In this document: positions 35,183 through 36,734 of the stretch, in pieces
How positions within the stretch are numbered: position 1 is the stretch's first letter
How the letters are laid out: the number at the start of each line of letters is the position of its first letter
Assembly (NCBI GenBank): GCA_963582235.1
Contig: CAUZRT010000002.1
Span: 1-36,734, forward strand
Source: Lentisphaeria bacterium
GTDB taxonomy: Bacteria; Verrucomicrobiota; Lentisphaeria; JABSQK01; CAJWLW01
DNA length: 36,734 nt
Direction: 5' to 3'
The notes under the pieces: model-generated
Told to the model about the DNA's origin: nothing
Database searches by the model: none
Seen by the model: only the letters and a program-made list of their open reading frames with translations
Made by a program: the position numbers and the translations under genes

Positions 35183-35974
35183 TTACGGATACTCGCTTCT
35201 CATCTCCTTTTCGAATTCAACGGCGCGATTGTCATTTAGCTCACGCAGCAGCGATACGACCTGTCGATATGCCTCCTTGCGAGGCGTCCCCGACCATTCC
35301 GCCTTGGGAAAGAGAAGAATTATCTTCATGTAGCTGAGAATCGCTTCCTTCTTCTGCCCGTTGGCTGCCAAAACCTCGCCGCGCATGTTGTAAATCAGGA
35401 TCGCCGACTTCGATTTCGCATCTTTCACCCGCAATTGGTCGACGATTTTCTTCGCATCAGGCACACGATTGTCTTTTAGTAGCAACGTCACCATTTCCTT
35501 ACTGAGCCGGATCTCGGTCAGTTTATCGTTTCGATACCGGAGGCCGTCGCGGAGGGACTTCTCTGCTTCCTTGGGCTGGTTTCTGGCCAGGTAGCATTTA
35601 CCGCGCACATAGCCGATGCGCCCACCCCAGCCGAGATGCCGAAACTTCGAATAAGCATCATCGATGCGTGACAGGGCGGCGTCGAATTCCCTGGATTTGA
35701 GCAGGCGATCCGCCTCCTTGATCAGCTTTGGTTTGGGTACATACGCGCGGCGAATTTCTGTCTTGCGAAACTTTCGCTGTCCTCTGCCGCCGGACAGCGT
35801 CAGGGTGATATCACCCTTCTCATTGGCCTCCAGAGCGCTGCCGTAAATCTTCTGCTTGTTCTTCAAGACGACGTAATAGTCCGTCTTCTTGATCGATTGG
35901 GCCGACAGCGGTATGGCGGCTACCAGAACAGCAATCGCCGCCGTCTGTATCCAGTTCGTGGCTGAACCTGCCAA
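35183..35974 (-). CDS. Secreted TPR-like repeat protein (hypothetical)
   Basis: I propose a TTG start at 35974, with GGAG 9 nt upstream and the signal-like AGSATNWIQTAAIAVLVAAIPLSAQS. This avoids the Arg-rich extension that overlaps the upstream gene. The C-terminal half is helical-repeat-like. Confidence 0.55.
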   Translation of the reverse strand: MAGSATNWIQTAAIAVLVAAIPLSAQSIKKTDYYVVLKNKQKIYGSALEANEKGDITLTLSGGRGQRKFRKTEIRRAYVPKPKLIKEADRLLKSREFDAALSRIDDAYSKFRHLGWGGRIGYVRGKCYLARNQPKEAEKSLRDGLRYRNDKLTEIRLSKEMVTLLLKDNRVPDAKKIVDQLRVKDAKSKSAILIYNMRGEVLAANGQKKEAILSYMKIILLFPKAEWSGTPRKEAYRQVVSLLRELNDNRAVEFEKEMRSEYP

Positions 35975-36038
35975 TTTTTCGTTCTCCAGTTGTCCAGTAT
36001 TACACAACCATTGGACACGGCGGCGGCGGCGGCAGACG

Positions 36039-36734
36039 TCACGGCGCGGGCGCCGGCGCCGTGCGGAAGAATTGCTGCGTCGGCAAGCTCTGAATCTCCT
36101 TGCGAAAGCTTCCCCGCGGGAATTTGGCCAGGTAGTTCTTGCGATATTCGTCCGCCTTTTCCGTTTCCCCAATCAATGAAAGCGCTGTGGCAGCATGAAA
36201 ATAAGCGCCTTCGATGGACGGCATCACCTCCGCATTGCTCGCTTCCGCGAAATTTAGAATCTGCATGAATCGAGCGACGGATTTCCTGACCGTTTCCCCT
36301 TCCGTCGCTGCCGCCATAGTCTTGCCGCTTTCGAGGATCGCGCGGTAGTAAACGCCGGGGTACTTGCGCGGATCGATATAGGTGAGGATCTCATCAAAGC
36401 TGCGCTGCGCCTCGTCCAGACGTCCGGCGGCGCGGTGGGCCTCGCCTTTGCCAAAGAGGACGTCGAAATAGTAGCCACTTTCGCGAATTTTCTCGCCCCG
36501 AGCGCGGCGCTCGGCATTCTTGCGCTCGGTCTCCTCCCGGACCTGATCGTACAGCGCGATGGCATCATCGGCCCGCTTCATTGCCACATAGGCCCGCGCC
36601 TGCTGAAACAGTGCCTTTTCGCGTTTGGTAACGGCTTTGGCATGATCGGGATTCGCCCAATCTCCGGCACGACGGATGATTTCCGAATTGGCCGCGGCGA
36701 CGACGGCCGGATCCAGGGCGGGCGTCTGAGCGTC
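36039..36734 (-). CDS. TPR-like repeat protein, 5'-truncated at window edge
   Basis: The frame is open to nt 36734 (DAQTPALDPAVVAAANSEII...). It shows helical-repeat character (AIALYDQV, EAHRAAGRLDEAQRSFDEIL, YYRAILE). Confidence 0.55.
   Translation of the reverse strand, partial: DAQTPALDPAVVAAANSEIIRRAGDWANPDHAKAVTKREKALFQQARAYVAMKRADDAIALYDQVREETERKNAERRARGEKIRESGYYFDVLFGKGEAHRAAGRLDEAQRSFDEILTYIDPRKYPGVYYRAILESGKTMAAATEGETVRKSVARFMQILNFAEASNAEVMPSIEGAYFHAATALSLIGETEKADEYRKNYLAKFPRGSFRKEIQSLPTQQFFRTAPAPAP

Noticed and set aside
35975-36172. Arg-rich N-terminal extension of the 35183-36172 ORF
   Set aside because: It overlaps the upstream gene by 134 nt and is about 40% Arg. A TTG at 35974 with an upstream GGAG gives a normal signal peptide.

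Overview
High-GC bacterial chromosomal window (roughly 58-60% GC by eye, not computed). The DUF1800/DUF1501 pair, the FGE-sulfatase-domain genes and many Shine-Dalgarno-poor leaders suggest a PVC-group organism; this is inference only.

Gene order, left to right:
- 5'-truncated UDP-glucuronate decarboxylase.
- rpsP / KH-protein / trmD / rplS operon (no rimM), then rnhB.
- Ste24-like M48 protease.
- A gene broken by three frameshifts.
- DUF445 protein, then an AT-rich gene-poor gap.
- A decayed FGE-like gene preceded by an 8-nt x ~9 tandem repeat.
- LptF/G-family permease and a GYF/RDD protein.
- GcvH-like protein coupled to a membrane protein.
- Two SDR oxidoreductases.
- A T2SS/T4P-like block: GspL- or PilM/N-like, PilO/GspM-like, PilP/GspC-like, secretin, GspE/PilB ATPase. 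No platform or pilin genes are in the window.
- rsmD and guaA.
- An ExbB-ExbD-(TonB-like?)-Zn-ribbon operon.
- A second, heavily decayed FGE-like gene.
- DUF1501/DUF1800 pair and a LOG-family protein.
- An ExbB-ExbD-ExbD block behind two TPR-like genes.

I recognised no rRNA, tRNA, CRISPR array, transposase or integrase.

The most unusual signal is non-coding. A composite intergenic element occurs in three copies (3232-3308, 14303-14423, 34912-35034). It has a conserved ~45-nt module containing AACTATTCAG and GGCGC-N-GCCAGTTTTGGCA, followed by a hairpin clamped by GAAAC...GTTT. Two looser relatives (4008-4237, 21509-21680) share the ACTATTCAGG core plus a strong hairpin.

All coordinates and identity counts are hand-derived from the sequence. 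No database search was possible.
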